A stretch of DNA of 64,000 nt, taken from Tubulanus polymorphus (taxonomy: Eukaryota > Animalia > Nemertea). The position numbers and the translations under genes are program-made. Location: contig NC_134025.1 in assembly GCF_964204645.1 (NCBI RefSeq), forward strand, positions 25,276,299 to 25,340,298, written 5' to 3'. Each line of letters begins with the position of its first letter. Position 1 is the stretch's first letter. The notes beneath the pieces are model-generated. The model ran no database searches. It saw only the letters and a program-made list of their open reading frames with translations, and was not told the origin of the DNA. This document shows positions 40,901 to 58,500 of this stretch, piece after piece.

Positions 40901-43900
40901 ATGCTCGACTAAAATATTCATAGCCTGCGAATTGATTGCCGCGTACAAGGGGTGTAATAGTTTTATACATTGATTACAGCAGCGAGATGAATAATGAAAT
41001 ACCAGCCAAAGTAACTAGTATCGACCTGGTGACCTTGAGAAAATGTACCCGAAATCACCGGATTTGAGCGATGACCTTGAGAAAGATGGAAATGACTCTA
41101 TAAATTGGTACTCGAAATCGGACTCCAAACGTCAACGGTTTGTGAATTGAAATATTACTATATCCAGAAACACTTGTAGCGTAAGTCAATACGCGGTTTG
41201 ACAACACCTATTTTGACAACATCTGTGCTAACAACGCCGAGCGTACAATTTCTATGGATGGATCTTCTATCTGTACACGAACGAACTTTTCCCAAATATG
41301 TAGATGAATCATCACATGACGACTAGGCCCCCGGAACCACTGGTGAAATAACGCCGGCATAATGAATGCGAGGAAACATCTGTTCATAAGCCTTCATCGA
41401 TTTACTACCATATTTTGCCAATTGCGAGTACTAATTATATGATACACACATATGTCTTACATTTCGTTTTAAAGTCTCCATAATTAAATGTTAAACTATC
41501 GAATCAGAAATGAAAACGAAAAATATTTTTTTTCTATAGTAATAGCAGCCAGATGCCAACAGTATTTCAACAAACAGGTCTAACACTCCTACAAACTTGC
41601 GAGTCAAATCTGAAGCCCCATTTGTACCAAACTTAAAGTCTCGAGTCCCACTTACCCTAATAAAATCACGACTTCTTACCAACAGGTCAATTGCTCAATA
41701 GCTTATTGAAAATTTCAACCCTAGTGGATATTCCGTTGAAATATCAACATCATATCATTTAATGGATAAGCATGTGCCATCATCATGAGCAGTGGAAATG
41801 TTAATTCGTGCTAAGCGGTATCTATCCATCACTCTTTATCCCAGTCAGGTTTATTGAATTCTCGAGTAAATGAAGAAGGTCAGACCTAGACATTTTCTGA
41901 TATATCAATAACCACACGAAATAATTTCATGAATCAATGGGCCTGGCAATGCAGGGAGCTATCCTATAAAATGAAGAATTCATTCCAATCATTCTATACT
42001 ACTTGTATGCTTCAACTATAGTAACTGCAATCACTGTGAAAATCTAGAACCAATGTAGCGAAAAGGTCCAAGCTTGGATTAAATCTATCGTTTCTTAGCA
42101 ATACCTCTTGGAAGATAAAGTCGGTAAGTAGTATGAAGCCCATCAATCATCAAACAATGAAAAGGGAACCACCAAGCATAGGAATTGTATTCCCCCCCCA
42201 AAAAAAACCTTATGTCTTGACGTGTAGGCCTGTAAGGTCTCATACAGAGCAACGGATGTAAATATAATACTCATTAATACCGCGCGATATGCTAATATAT
42301 ATTCATACGAATATAAATACTCACATATCACTGTCATTGTCATCTACTCGCGGTTTGCCAATTACGATAGAAAATATATTCCGACATATGAAAACCCTTC
42401 GGAACTTGGCGCGATATTTTTCTACTTATCAAAACGAGAAAACGAGCGTATATCAGAGAAGCGATTGATGAAAACACGACGGCGCAATTCGAACATCGTT
42501 GTGTGTATGATATCACTGAAGGCATACGGTTCCGTTCCCTGGACACAGCTGGTAGAGTTGAACGAGGCAAGGCCCAGGTACTGCGAACAGTACAGATGTC
42601 ACAATAATCGATGATTGTCAATACAGAGCGAAAGAAGAATACACGATTGACCGGTCCAACTGAATCATGACTTAATGACTTAACCTGCGACTTATTCACA
42701 GTAGACAATATCATGTCTCCCATCCCTATCCCTAGACGAGAATGTTACTTTTCTTACAGTTTTATCCCATGTGGTATCGACTGAATTTTTTCACATGGTT
42801 TTTCAACGCGATAACGAGGTTCTTGTAGGTACGAGAGACGAGACATAGATTTGCATTTATCACCTCCCAACTACCTCATTACTGCTACCCCTATCACTGC
42901 TATGTAAATATTTGTTTTTCACTTCATTAGAACATTTTCCGTGGACTACGGTTCGGTAACCATTCTCCACATTACCGGGTAGATTTGAACTTACGATTCA
43001 AAACACCTCTATAGCTATTCATCTTCATGATCCGGCGAATGCTTTTATCGGTATTAATGACCCTAATTTGACTTTCAAACTCCAATTGAATGAGTGAATG
43101 ATGAAACCCTCGAGTTATCACATCAATCCCCTTCCCTAACTGTAATGCGCATTGATATTCGGTAGCTATTTGTTGATCAATTGTTATCATAATCTTGCGC
43201 TGAAATTAGTAGGACCTCGTGATCAATTACCGTCGACTTAGATAATAACTAATGATTTCCATTCCCGAAGCATCCTTCCCCGGGTATAGATTTCGCTAGC
43301 CAATCTACGCGAATGGGAAAAACGACTGATCTACCTAAGACATCTATAGACGTGCTACCACACATGATAATAATAGACCATAGCGACGATCGGGATGATG
43401 GCGTTATGGTACAGTTTTTCAATATCACCCCGATCATATTTTCATGTCTACACATCCTTATCTAGATGCTCCTTATCTCGATTCTCGTCACATAACGTGA
43501 TGAAATTAAAGGATGAGGGCAGATCCAGGCGTCTGTATCTCCCTTACCAAGTCAAACAACGTTCATTACATAAGACAAATATTGAAAGGAAGGCCTGAAC
43601 TCATCTTTGGTGGGTAGTTAGTGTGCATTCGCATGAAAAACGTAATCCAGCTTTTGAGCAAATATCTGATCAAGTTCAAGGCATCAATATCTATTAATCA
43701 TAGATTTAATTCCCAAGGTCTCAAAACCTAGTGAAATTGGTTACATCACAAAATTCTTGTGGTTCTGGTTTGATAGGAAACGATAGCCTAGATTATGGTT
43801 AATTGGCTATAGAGCCTACTTAGTTAGGCATGAATGATATATTCTGCATAGGCCTAGGCCTTATTATGACATAGATTGTAAATTAAGCAACTGCGCCAAT

Positions 43901-45507
43901 ATGGGTTTGAGTGTTGATAATTCTAGGCTATTTATTGGAGGCCTAGACGTGGTACAGTAAGCGTGACTCAAGTCTTTGCAATATCACGCTGATTTAGCCT
44001 TCGCAGAATAGGCCCTATACAAAGCGCATTGTTCATAACTATAGACATTATGCGTATTCAAAATCTAACATATTCTGACAGAAGCATACTACATGAAATT
44101 GATTGACTATGAAATATGCAGTCTCCACCTATAGGATATTTGTAATCATAGAAAGAAAACCCAATAATGCTATTCTGCTTCTACGTGGCCACTCTCAGCA
44201 CCTAAATCAATATAGACCACCTACACTATATTCTATTGAAATATTTATCAGCCCGAGTTCTCTTATCACAGGCCTATCGAGTAAATTTAAAAAACGTCAC
44301 AAGAGGCGAGCGACGTGTCTAGTGTCATGCATACCCCATTGGTCTCCATGGCCATAGCCTCATAAGTTATAGCTATGGTATGAATTTCACACGGGCCTAG
44401 CTTTTCACAGCGGTGGATCCGAGGGCGCAGGGAGACCTCCCCCAAAAAATAATGTCCAGAAATTTTACAGCATAGGGCCTTATTAAACTGATAGGCCTAG
44501 CTAAAAAAGTTTGAATTCATAAGCTTTTCTCTGTATTTCCAAAACTGAGTTCATTTTTTTATGATTAAGCCTAGCTTTCTTTCAGGGAGCTATTTCAATT
44601 AGGCCTCTTTGCTATGCCATATTTTGAGGGTGCACCTAGATCAGCCCCTGTTAGGCCTAGGGCCTACCTGTTACCAAAATAAGCAGATCTTAATGCTGGC
44701 ATTTATAGGCCTACTTAGCCTATAGACTAGTCATTCCGTCTTAGAACAAGTTTAAGAGAGGACAATATGCCAAATTTGTCGACTAGGCCTAATAGGCAAG
44801 GCAATAAATTGCCCCAGCCTAGATCATGATAGCCTATCTACCATGATGACCATGCTTATTTAACTTCACGTCAACTGAACTAGGCTTAATATACCTACAC
44901 CATGGCGAAATCTCTGACTGACAGGGGCGGTCTGGTAGGCCTAACACGTCTTCATTATTCTAACCACTTTTGGCAGTGATAACCTTTATCCAATGCAACG
45001 ACTCTGAATACCTGACAAACTTAGAGGTTAGCCTAGGCCTACCCCTAGGACTAGGTTACAGCCACAGGTTAGCCGAACCTTTTTTTTTGGGAAAAAAAAT
45101 TAATTGCATGCTAGCACTCACTCCGTCTCCGGTCTAGAAATGATGGCTAATACAATGGGTAGGAAAGAATAATTTATCATAATTCACTGGAAACAATGCA
45201 GTACAACACCCAGATAGCTACTAACTAACCGTTAGAATTAATCGCCCTACCCAAAAACCAAACCCAGTGATCATCATCAGTCATCATCACACACGAGTCG
45301 AGTGACAGACACTCACCGCTGTTCTTCCGACAAACATTCAAAACCCCACGCACAACAAAATTCAGTTACCAATAACTAGCACGGTATATGAACAAGTGCT
45401 TTAAGCTAATTAATAGTTCTTGCAGGAATTTTACATAAGATAAAGGTAGTATTACCGTTTTCTATCGGGGGCTCCGCTGTATCCGATGGGATCAGTAGAT
45501 CCGCCAT
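16950..45507 (-). CDS. MAP7: MAP7/ensconsin family microtubule-associated protein (kinesin-1 activator), short isoform. Exons include 45507-45456, 36750-36475, 36212-36186, 35559-35530, ~33475-33240, ~32944-32678, several S/T/P/K-rich exons (31000-25544), 24874-24583, 24489-24309, 24226-24122, 24039-23390, 16983-16950
   Basis: N-terminal coiled coil ERVRNLREKHDEERKRK..RRSAVEERRKQ followed by AFGSGTPR (cf. ensconsin FAFGSSTPR); C-terminal MAP7 domain KAKLAEKRRQARLEAE..RLEMIMRRVK (cf. RLEEIMKRTR); consistent splice phases. Confidence 0.88.
18098..22967 (-). CDS. MAP7: Giant (4870-nt) alternative exon of MAP7 encoding ~1620 aa of acidic, low-complexity sequence
   Basis: Uninterrupted ORF. Acceptor ttttgttgcag at 22968 is phase-2 compatible with the upstream exon ending LDA-AG|gtgagt (23390). 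The exon ends in TAG, directly followed by gcaagc. Confidence 0.8.
35682..35862. repeat. Head-to-head inverted pair of tRNA-like (SINE-head) sequences forming a hairpin with ~85-bp arms
   Basis: The arms mirror each other around gagtgcgcacatc. Each reads ggtcta(g/t)tgtggcagggttt...gccatcaggttc(g/a)aa, giving A-box- and B-box-like motifs. Confidence 0.7.
38010..38181 (-). CDS. Candidate alternative first coding exon of MAP7 with two hydrophobic segments
   Basis: ATG at 38181, 57 codons + G, then donor gtaagt (phase 1, matching the exon at 36750). Confidence 0.4.
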
Positions 45508-47094
45508 CTTATAATCAGCTAAACGTCATCGGGGCGTGTTTTTAATATCCGACAGCAGATGGCGCCACCTCATTGACTATTTGATAAATTATCCTTACAC
45601 TAATTGCGTTCAGGACAAATAAAGTTATATCTTATCAAATCTGTTAGCATATATCGTATGATATGATCTTCAATTCAGTAGCTGTTATTACTGAACACAT
45701 CCATCGAAATTGTCTGTATTTGTAGTATATCCTTTGGGACAATGTAATTTCGATAGGACAGATGAACTCCCAAAGGATCCTCTATAAGCAATCAATAAGA
45801 AAAAGTTTTGATTCTTAATTCCTTTCTGTAGGAATACAAGGCTATTCTCTTTCTTCCTGGTGAGGAAATCAGTAAAAATGACAAGGGTAACAGTATGACA
45901 ACAACCAATGAATCAGATCTTTCCAAATTTATTACTGCTTTAAATTAATATTGAAGGTTTATTATTACAGTACAAACATGATCAGTATTCTTCTACAACA
46001 TGTACTAATATCATTTCAATGTGGAGGGAAAATTTCTCAATGAATACTCGTATTAAGTAACCTTTCTTTTTAATTCATAACCAAATCTTGTCAGAGCTCA
46101 TTATCATAACCCTATCAGGACAACTTCACATCAATGGTGGTTTAAATTCTAACATTGAATTGGAATATCAATTTATTATTCTAACACAACAGAGATGTGC
46201 TGCAGATGAAATTGTTGACAGACGTTCCAAATATTTTCATCTAATACAGGTTGTTGTTAGCATATGAATAGACGATGATACATTTACATTAATATATCTG
46301 GATGATCTAGAATAAACTGAATGAATATCACATAAAAAACCAGAGAGAAAATACAAATCAAGTCCTCACAACGTGCTGGTTGTCAATAGACACTTTATAC
46401 GAAACAAGACTTCACCAATTTCCAGATCGCTCAAGGCACCTTATTTGATATATAGCTACCAGGACCCCCATTCTTAAGTTGCATTCACTTAAGAAATGGG
46501 TCCTGTGTAGGCTATGCTTCAGATTTCAATATATCTTTCGTAAAAGAATGCTCTTTCTTGTATAAACAAATTAATCAGTATTTTTACCATAAGAAAATTT
46601 AATCATTAAATCCTCTGCAGTTCAAAGAACACACAATATCAATAATACAGTTAACATATCTAATTTCACATTATTCACAAGTACAGCTCCATTTGTTCAC
46701 TAACCATATTCAAAACACAAAGTCAGTATACGGAATCAACCTCTAATGGTTTCAAATTGTTAGACATAAATGAGAACTTTGGACAAATTTCGGCGACATG
46801 AAAAACATAAGTGTCTTCAGATGAGGTCGATTGGGAACAAAACCATCAGTGGAATGATGATATTGACAGACTTCAGTCCAATTCTCAAAACACATTATGA
46901 TGATATTATATTGAATTTTAACATTTTCGTATCGTTGCCAGCAACAACAAATTGAAACATGATGATTCTTGAAGGTGTGATTGACTGAAAAAAAGACATC
47001 GATACTGCATGTAAGGAATATTGCTTTGAATACAAATGGTGTCATCATCAGTAAAATAATTGCTATTGACCCTTACCAGTTACAAAACAATAAG

Positions 47095-52535
<5,441 letters not shown>

Positions 52536-55500
52536 ATGGAAAACGTGGATAAGAATCAACAATTCGCTATTCAATTAGCGCATAATTTGGCCGGTAACGT
52601 AAAAAAGATTCGTGATCGCGGCCTGAAGAAATTACGAAAGTGGCTGTCAGCACGTTCTCAATCCAAAACAAGTGCGTGTCGTTTCATTTTAAGCCGTGAA
52701 TTTAAACGTTTACTTCGCAAATTCAATTCAAGATTTTATTGTTCCATTTTACCGCAGACTCCGCTTGCCTTGAACTGTCGCGCGCCCCATATATGAGGGA
52801 CCATATATGAGATGAATGTAGTCTAATTCATTTTTAAAACAAAAATCCATCCTTTCACGCGGAGTCGTCTACCTCGGCCACAATTCAAATAGACAAGCAC
52901 ATTATTTAATTCTATTAATTGGAGGATACTATACAGCAAGTGGCCCTGCAACAGTTGCAAAAGCCCTCTCTGACCTGTGAACTGTTGTGGAGATTTTCAA
53001 ATCAAGGTTGACAATTCTAGTATTTATTGGCACTTTGTAATCTGTACTGCGTCGCTGCACAATATAGAATGCTGACTGACTGACTGACGACAGTGAGTTG
53101 GCTGCCACTACGGGTGGTGATGATTATTTTAGTTTACATGAAGTATATTCTGCCCAATCTTGCTTTTCAATTATAAGCAATGGTATTTACAAAACTGAAC
53201 TGACCTGTATTTGATGACTTCTCTAGTGGGTGAAAGATTAGAAATGGTCACGTCAAAACTGATGATTACTATAGGTATACTTGCGACATACAACGGATAT
53301 ATCTACCTTTTCACTCGGACTACCGATTAACAAACCAGTGATTGTCGTTGAGCTTGATATAAACGAAAAGGTTATCTTTTATTGCACACTGATTGCATGC
53401 AGTCATTGCAACACTATGGAGTTTTCAAAAAAAAGGAAGCTCGAGGCTTACAGCTTTGAGAAGAAGAGGGAAGTAATCGCGTATTACGAACAAAACCTCA
53501 ATATGAAAAAAAAGGATATTGCCAAGAAATTCGATGTTAATCCGAAAACGCTATCCGACTGGATCAAGAGCAAAGAGATGATCAAGAAAAAAAGGACTGA
53601 ATCTATACATTCAAGGACTGTCACGAGAGACAGAAACATTAAATTCAGCGACGTAGACGCTGCATTATATATTTGGTTTAGAGATGCAATTCAGGAACCT
53701 GGAATCTCCATTTCTGGTGAAACTCTCCGTCTTAAAGCAAACCGCTTCGCTAAGGATTTCGGTTACGGGGATGACGTAGAGATATCTGCATCGTGGATCG
53801 AACGATTTAAGAAAAGATACGGTATCAGTAGAGCGAACAAATGCGGGGACGCTGCCATCATTAGTGACGAAGTTCTCGAAGACTGGTACAAAGACGGCCT
53901 GTTAGGAATTCTCAGAAAATATGCACCTGAGAATATTTACACCCTCGATGAAACTGGGCTGTTTTGGCAGATGCTGCCTGGGCAATCCCCACAAAAAACT
54001 GGTACGAAATACCAAAGGGCTAAAAAACCAGAGAATAGAATCACTATTCTCGTTGGAGCCAATATGGATGGCACTGATAAACTGCCTCTTCTAGCGATTG
54101 GTAAATTCCAGAATGCGCGGGCATTTAGAAAAGTAAGAAAAGTGCCCTTAGAATACATGAGCAATGAAAATGCATCAATGACGGGAGATATTTTTGTCCA
54201 GTTTCTTTGTAAATTAAATCAAAGGTTTTGTACTGAAAGCAGAAATGTTGCTATCTTACTTGATAAATGTAGCTCCCACCCGCCAGAATACCTGAAGAAC
54301 TTTTCAAACATCGAGGTATTCTTTTTACCTGTGAATACAACTTCAATGTTGCAGCCGATGGATGCCGGCATAGTTAAAGATTTGAAGGTTCATTACAGGC
54401 ATAGACAATGCGAAAAGCGGTTGGTTTGTTTTGAAGAAGAGACAGGATTTACATGGACACTATTGGATGCAATGTTCGCAATGAAATTGGCATGGGAGAA
54501 AGTAACAACCACTACAATTAGAAACTGTTTTATAGTCACTGGATTTGCCCCATTGCTAGGTTCCATCACGAATTCTGAAAGTAGACCTAACGCTGATCAA
54601 CATTTACAAAATCTATGGGACTCTTTCACCAACACTAGAAATGAAGACCGGGTTTCGACTGACACGAGGGAGTTCAGAAATATTTGGGATAACTTAGCTC
54701 AGTATATTGATTTACAGGTACGTTAGTCAAATGCTCCCGTTTCAAACTAACCTTTATGCCACAGACCATAGAATACAGTAGAACCACATCATTAACAATG
54801 TCAGATATAATGATTTATCTATTATTACAAACCTAAATTTCCTCCTAAATAGGACAATGTTTATAATTAATTTGATACTGGAAATAATGAACTATCGATT
54901 ACGATGCACTGATTTCTGGTTCCTCTGAAGTTCGTTGTAACGAGGTTCCACTGTATAATCTGAATTTTCATTGAATCTTTATTTCCATATTCCTGCGTAA
55001 CTGCAGATACCGTTATCATCTTATTTCAAAGCTGTGATGTCTACTGGTATCTGTTTTTTAGAATGCTTCCATGGAGGATTACATTGCAATCGATAATGCT
55101 GCAGACGATTTTACATCAGAACACCTTACTGATGAGCAGAACATGAACCATGTTGCCTTAGACATAAAAACTGAACCTGAGTTCATTGTTGGTGAAAATG
55201 AAGACGATGATGATCCACTGCCTGTGCATGTTACAAAAAGCGATGCAATAAAAGCGGTCGATACCCTGAAATTGTATCTAAGTCAACGTACTGCTACAGA
55301 GGATGAGCACTTTTCTGCACTGATGAAAATTGAGACTTTCGCATTGAAACAACGGAAATTCAGGCAGACGTCGATGCTTGATTTCTTTGTGGAGGCAAAA
55401 ACAGATCAGTAGCTCAAGCATGGATTTTGTCAATTGATCAATTTAGAATCTTCATGTTCATCATACCTGAATTTTTATTATGTAATTTTTTTGTTACACA

Positions 55501-58500
55501 AAATTTCTGGAAATTAAAAATATATAATTTCAGTAAGTTGTACTTCCTCATGTAGATCATCTCAGTGACACTCTGACTAAGACATCCATCCCCGGTATTG
55601 ATACTGAAATGAGATAAGACGGGAGCAGATCCAGGACATATTCCAATCGTTTTGGAAAACTGGTGATTGAAAGGATTGAATTAACATATTTTGGAAATAA
55701 ACAATTGAAAAAAATAAACAGATTTCTTTCAGTATCTTGAATAGCTACAACTACTGCATTTTATCAAATAGGGGCCTAAATGATGCCACACAGGCACCTG
55801 TTACTGAGTCGGGGATCGTAAACTGTAAAGAGCCCTTCTAAATTCAGAATACAGTGAAAGAAGGTCCTAGATCTGCCCCTGTAAGACATGAGATTAATAA
55901 AATAGCATTGTTTTTTATAATGGTTCCTCCATTCCAGTGGCCAGCGCTGAATAAAATACCTAAAATATGAATGACATGACATACATTGAGGAAAAATATT
56001 TCATGAGCTTGGTGTTTTCTTGAAATGTTCTTTTGACTAGAAAGATCAGTTTTCTTTCTAAAATGAGGATCTTACCTCTGTATTTATCCAACAATATCCG
56101 AGGCATGCATACACAATCTACAAGATCCTGAAAACTAGGTAGTTAGTGGCTAGATACGAAAGAAAAAGAGCTATAATTTTTGCACATCGTACCATGATTA
56201 ACTAACGTTTTTTGTTTTGCAGATCCATTTACAGAAGAAGATTTCATCAAGATATGGAAAGGGCTTCATTATTGTATGTGGATGCAGGATAAACCACTTC
56301 TTCAGGTTGGTGAAAAAAAACACAAAACTCAGCAACAGAAAAACTTTCATTTTGACTTCGATGAAAAGCTTTATTGATAATTTTGCAGGAGGATTTGGCT
56401 GACAGTGTAGCGAGTTTGATACATTCGGTAGAAAATGTGGATCAAAAATTTTTATTCATCGAATCATTTATCAAGACCGAGGCGAGAGAATGGTTCGGTG
56501 TCGATCGCTGGAGACTTGATAAATTCTTAATGGTAAAAAGAAATATGTTCCTTCATTAGCATTTTTTTAATGATTTTTTGTTGCTTATATTATTGAATCG
56601 AATTTTATTTTATTTCATGCAGATGTTTAGACGGTTTTTCCAACAAGCACTGGTAATGATCAATAATCAAGGTTGGAAAGCGGATGAAATAAAACGGTTC
56701 CTCGACATTCTGAAGAAAACTTTGATTAATAATGATGACTCGTATCCGCTCGGTCTCAAAATGCATTTAGTGAATATATATTGGGAAGAGTTGACTACTA
56801 TCGCAGTTGGACAGGTACGGTAGTTGTTATTGGTCATTAGACATTTTTAGCCCACTTGGGACTTTAGTCCAGCGGGCTATTGCATTATATTGATACCTAA
56901 GCATATTGTGTTACTACATCAATTGGAAAGTTGTAGCCCATATCGTGTTCTATGATTTTGGTGAGTTTCAAGGACATAAGTTATTCTATATGGTCTCAAG
57001 GGGCGTTGAATAGTAGAAAAACTTCGTGTTTCCTTATCAGATTGGTACCTAGGCAAATTTTGTTACCATGATCAATAGCAAAGTTGTAGTTCATGACATG
57101 TTCTATGATTGTGGAGAGTTTCAAGGTCATTGGGTTTTGCATATGGTCACCAGGGAGCGTTGAATAGTAAAGTGACTTAGTATTTCCATATTAAATTGGT
57201 AACCAGGCATATTTTGTTATCACAATCGATTACAAAATCGTAGCTGCTGACATTTTCTGGGTGGGTTTTAAGGTCATTGGTTTTTTTATATGGTCACCAG
57301 GGGGCCTTCAATATTGAAATTGTTAGATTGTTGAGCATTTCAAACCACTTCCCAAGTGGGCATGGTGTCTCTGGACCCCTAGTTGTATATGGCCACCAGG
57401 GGGCATTGAATAATACAATGACTTAGTATTTCTATATTATATTCGTACCTACGCATATTTTGTAACCACAATCAATTGCAAAGTTGTAGCTCATGACATC
57501 GTCTATGATTGTGGTGATTTTAAAGGACATTAGTTATTCTATATGGTCACTAGTGTTGAATAGTAGAATAACTTAGTATTTCCATATTAAATTGGTAACG
57601 GGGCATATTTTGTTATCACAATCAATTACAAAATCGCAGCTGCTGACGTATTCTATGATTGTGGCGAGTTACAAGGTCATTGGTCTTGTAGATGGTCACC
57701 AGGGGGCGTTGAATATTGAAATTGTTAGAATGTTGAGCATTTGAAACCACTTCCCAAGTGGGCATGGTGTCCCTGGACCCCTAGTTGTTAAATCTTGCCA
57801 GACCTACGGACTATATTTTTGCTGTTTGTCTTATGGTTAATTTCAATTTTTATTTGCAGATCGATTCCAATCAAGTTGCTCAATTTCTTGATCCGTATTG
57901 TGTTCTTTTGAAAGACGTTAAAATGTAAGTTAAGTGTTAAGTACGTTGCTGTTGTTAATGCATGCTTGATTTGAATCTTAACCATTCCGTAAATTGATTG
58001 GTAAATTCTTTTCATTGGGAAATAGGCAGTTGTACGGAAAGATCAGCGCAGGTCTATTCATGGCTATTGTGAAAGAATCTGATGTTGGTGCTGAAACTAA
58101 TGAAAATAACACCGACGAACCGGAGACATTAAAGGTACAATATTTGTAGTACTAATCCTTTTCTCTTTCCCATTTTCCATGGAAACCTGGCTCCATTAAT
58201 ATCCATTTTTGAAGATCAATTTCCTAATTCTTGATTGAGGGTGAACTAGTAGGGAGAAATAAATTCTTTTGTGTCACCAGGTCACTTACCAAAAATGGCC
58301 CTTGTTTTTAAACCTGCAAACGAGGTCATTAGTTGAATTTTTTTCAGGTGGATTATGGTGCTCTTGCTGATCGTCTGTTTGGAATAGCCAGCAATAAAAA
58401 ATGTAACAGCGTTCATAGAAAGCTAATATATAAACTTGTAAAAAAGTAAGTTATTTTTCATTGGAAAGAGAATTATTCTCATTAATTTTTTGCTGACAAA

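Noticed and set aside
52536-55412. RRP1-transposase fusion protein (CSB-PGBD3-like)
   Set aside because: RRP1 exon 1 ends in phase 1. The visible acceptors at 53274 (phase 0) and 53402 (phase 2) put the transposase out of frame.
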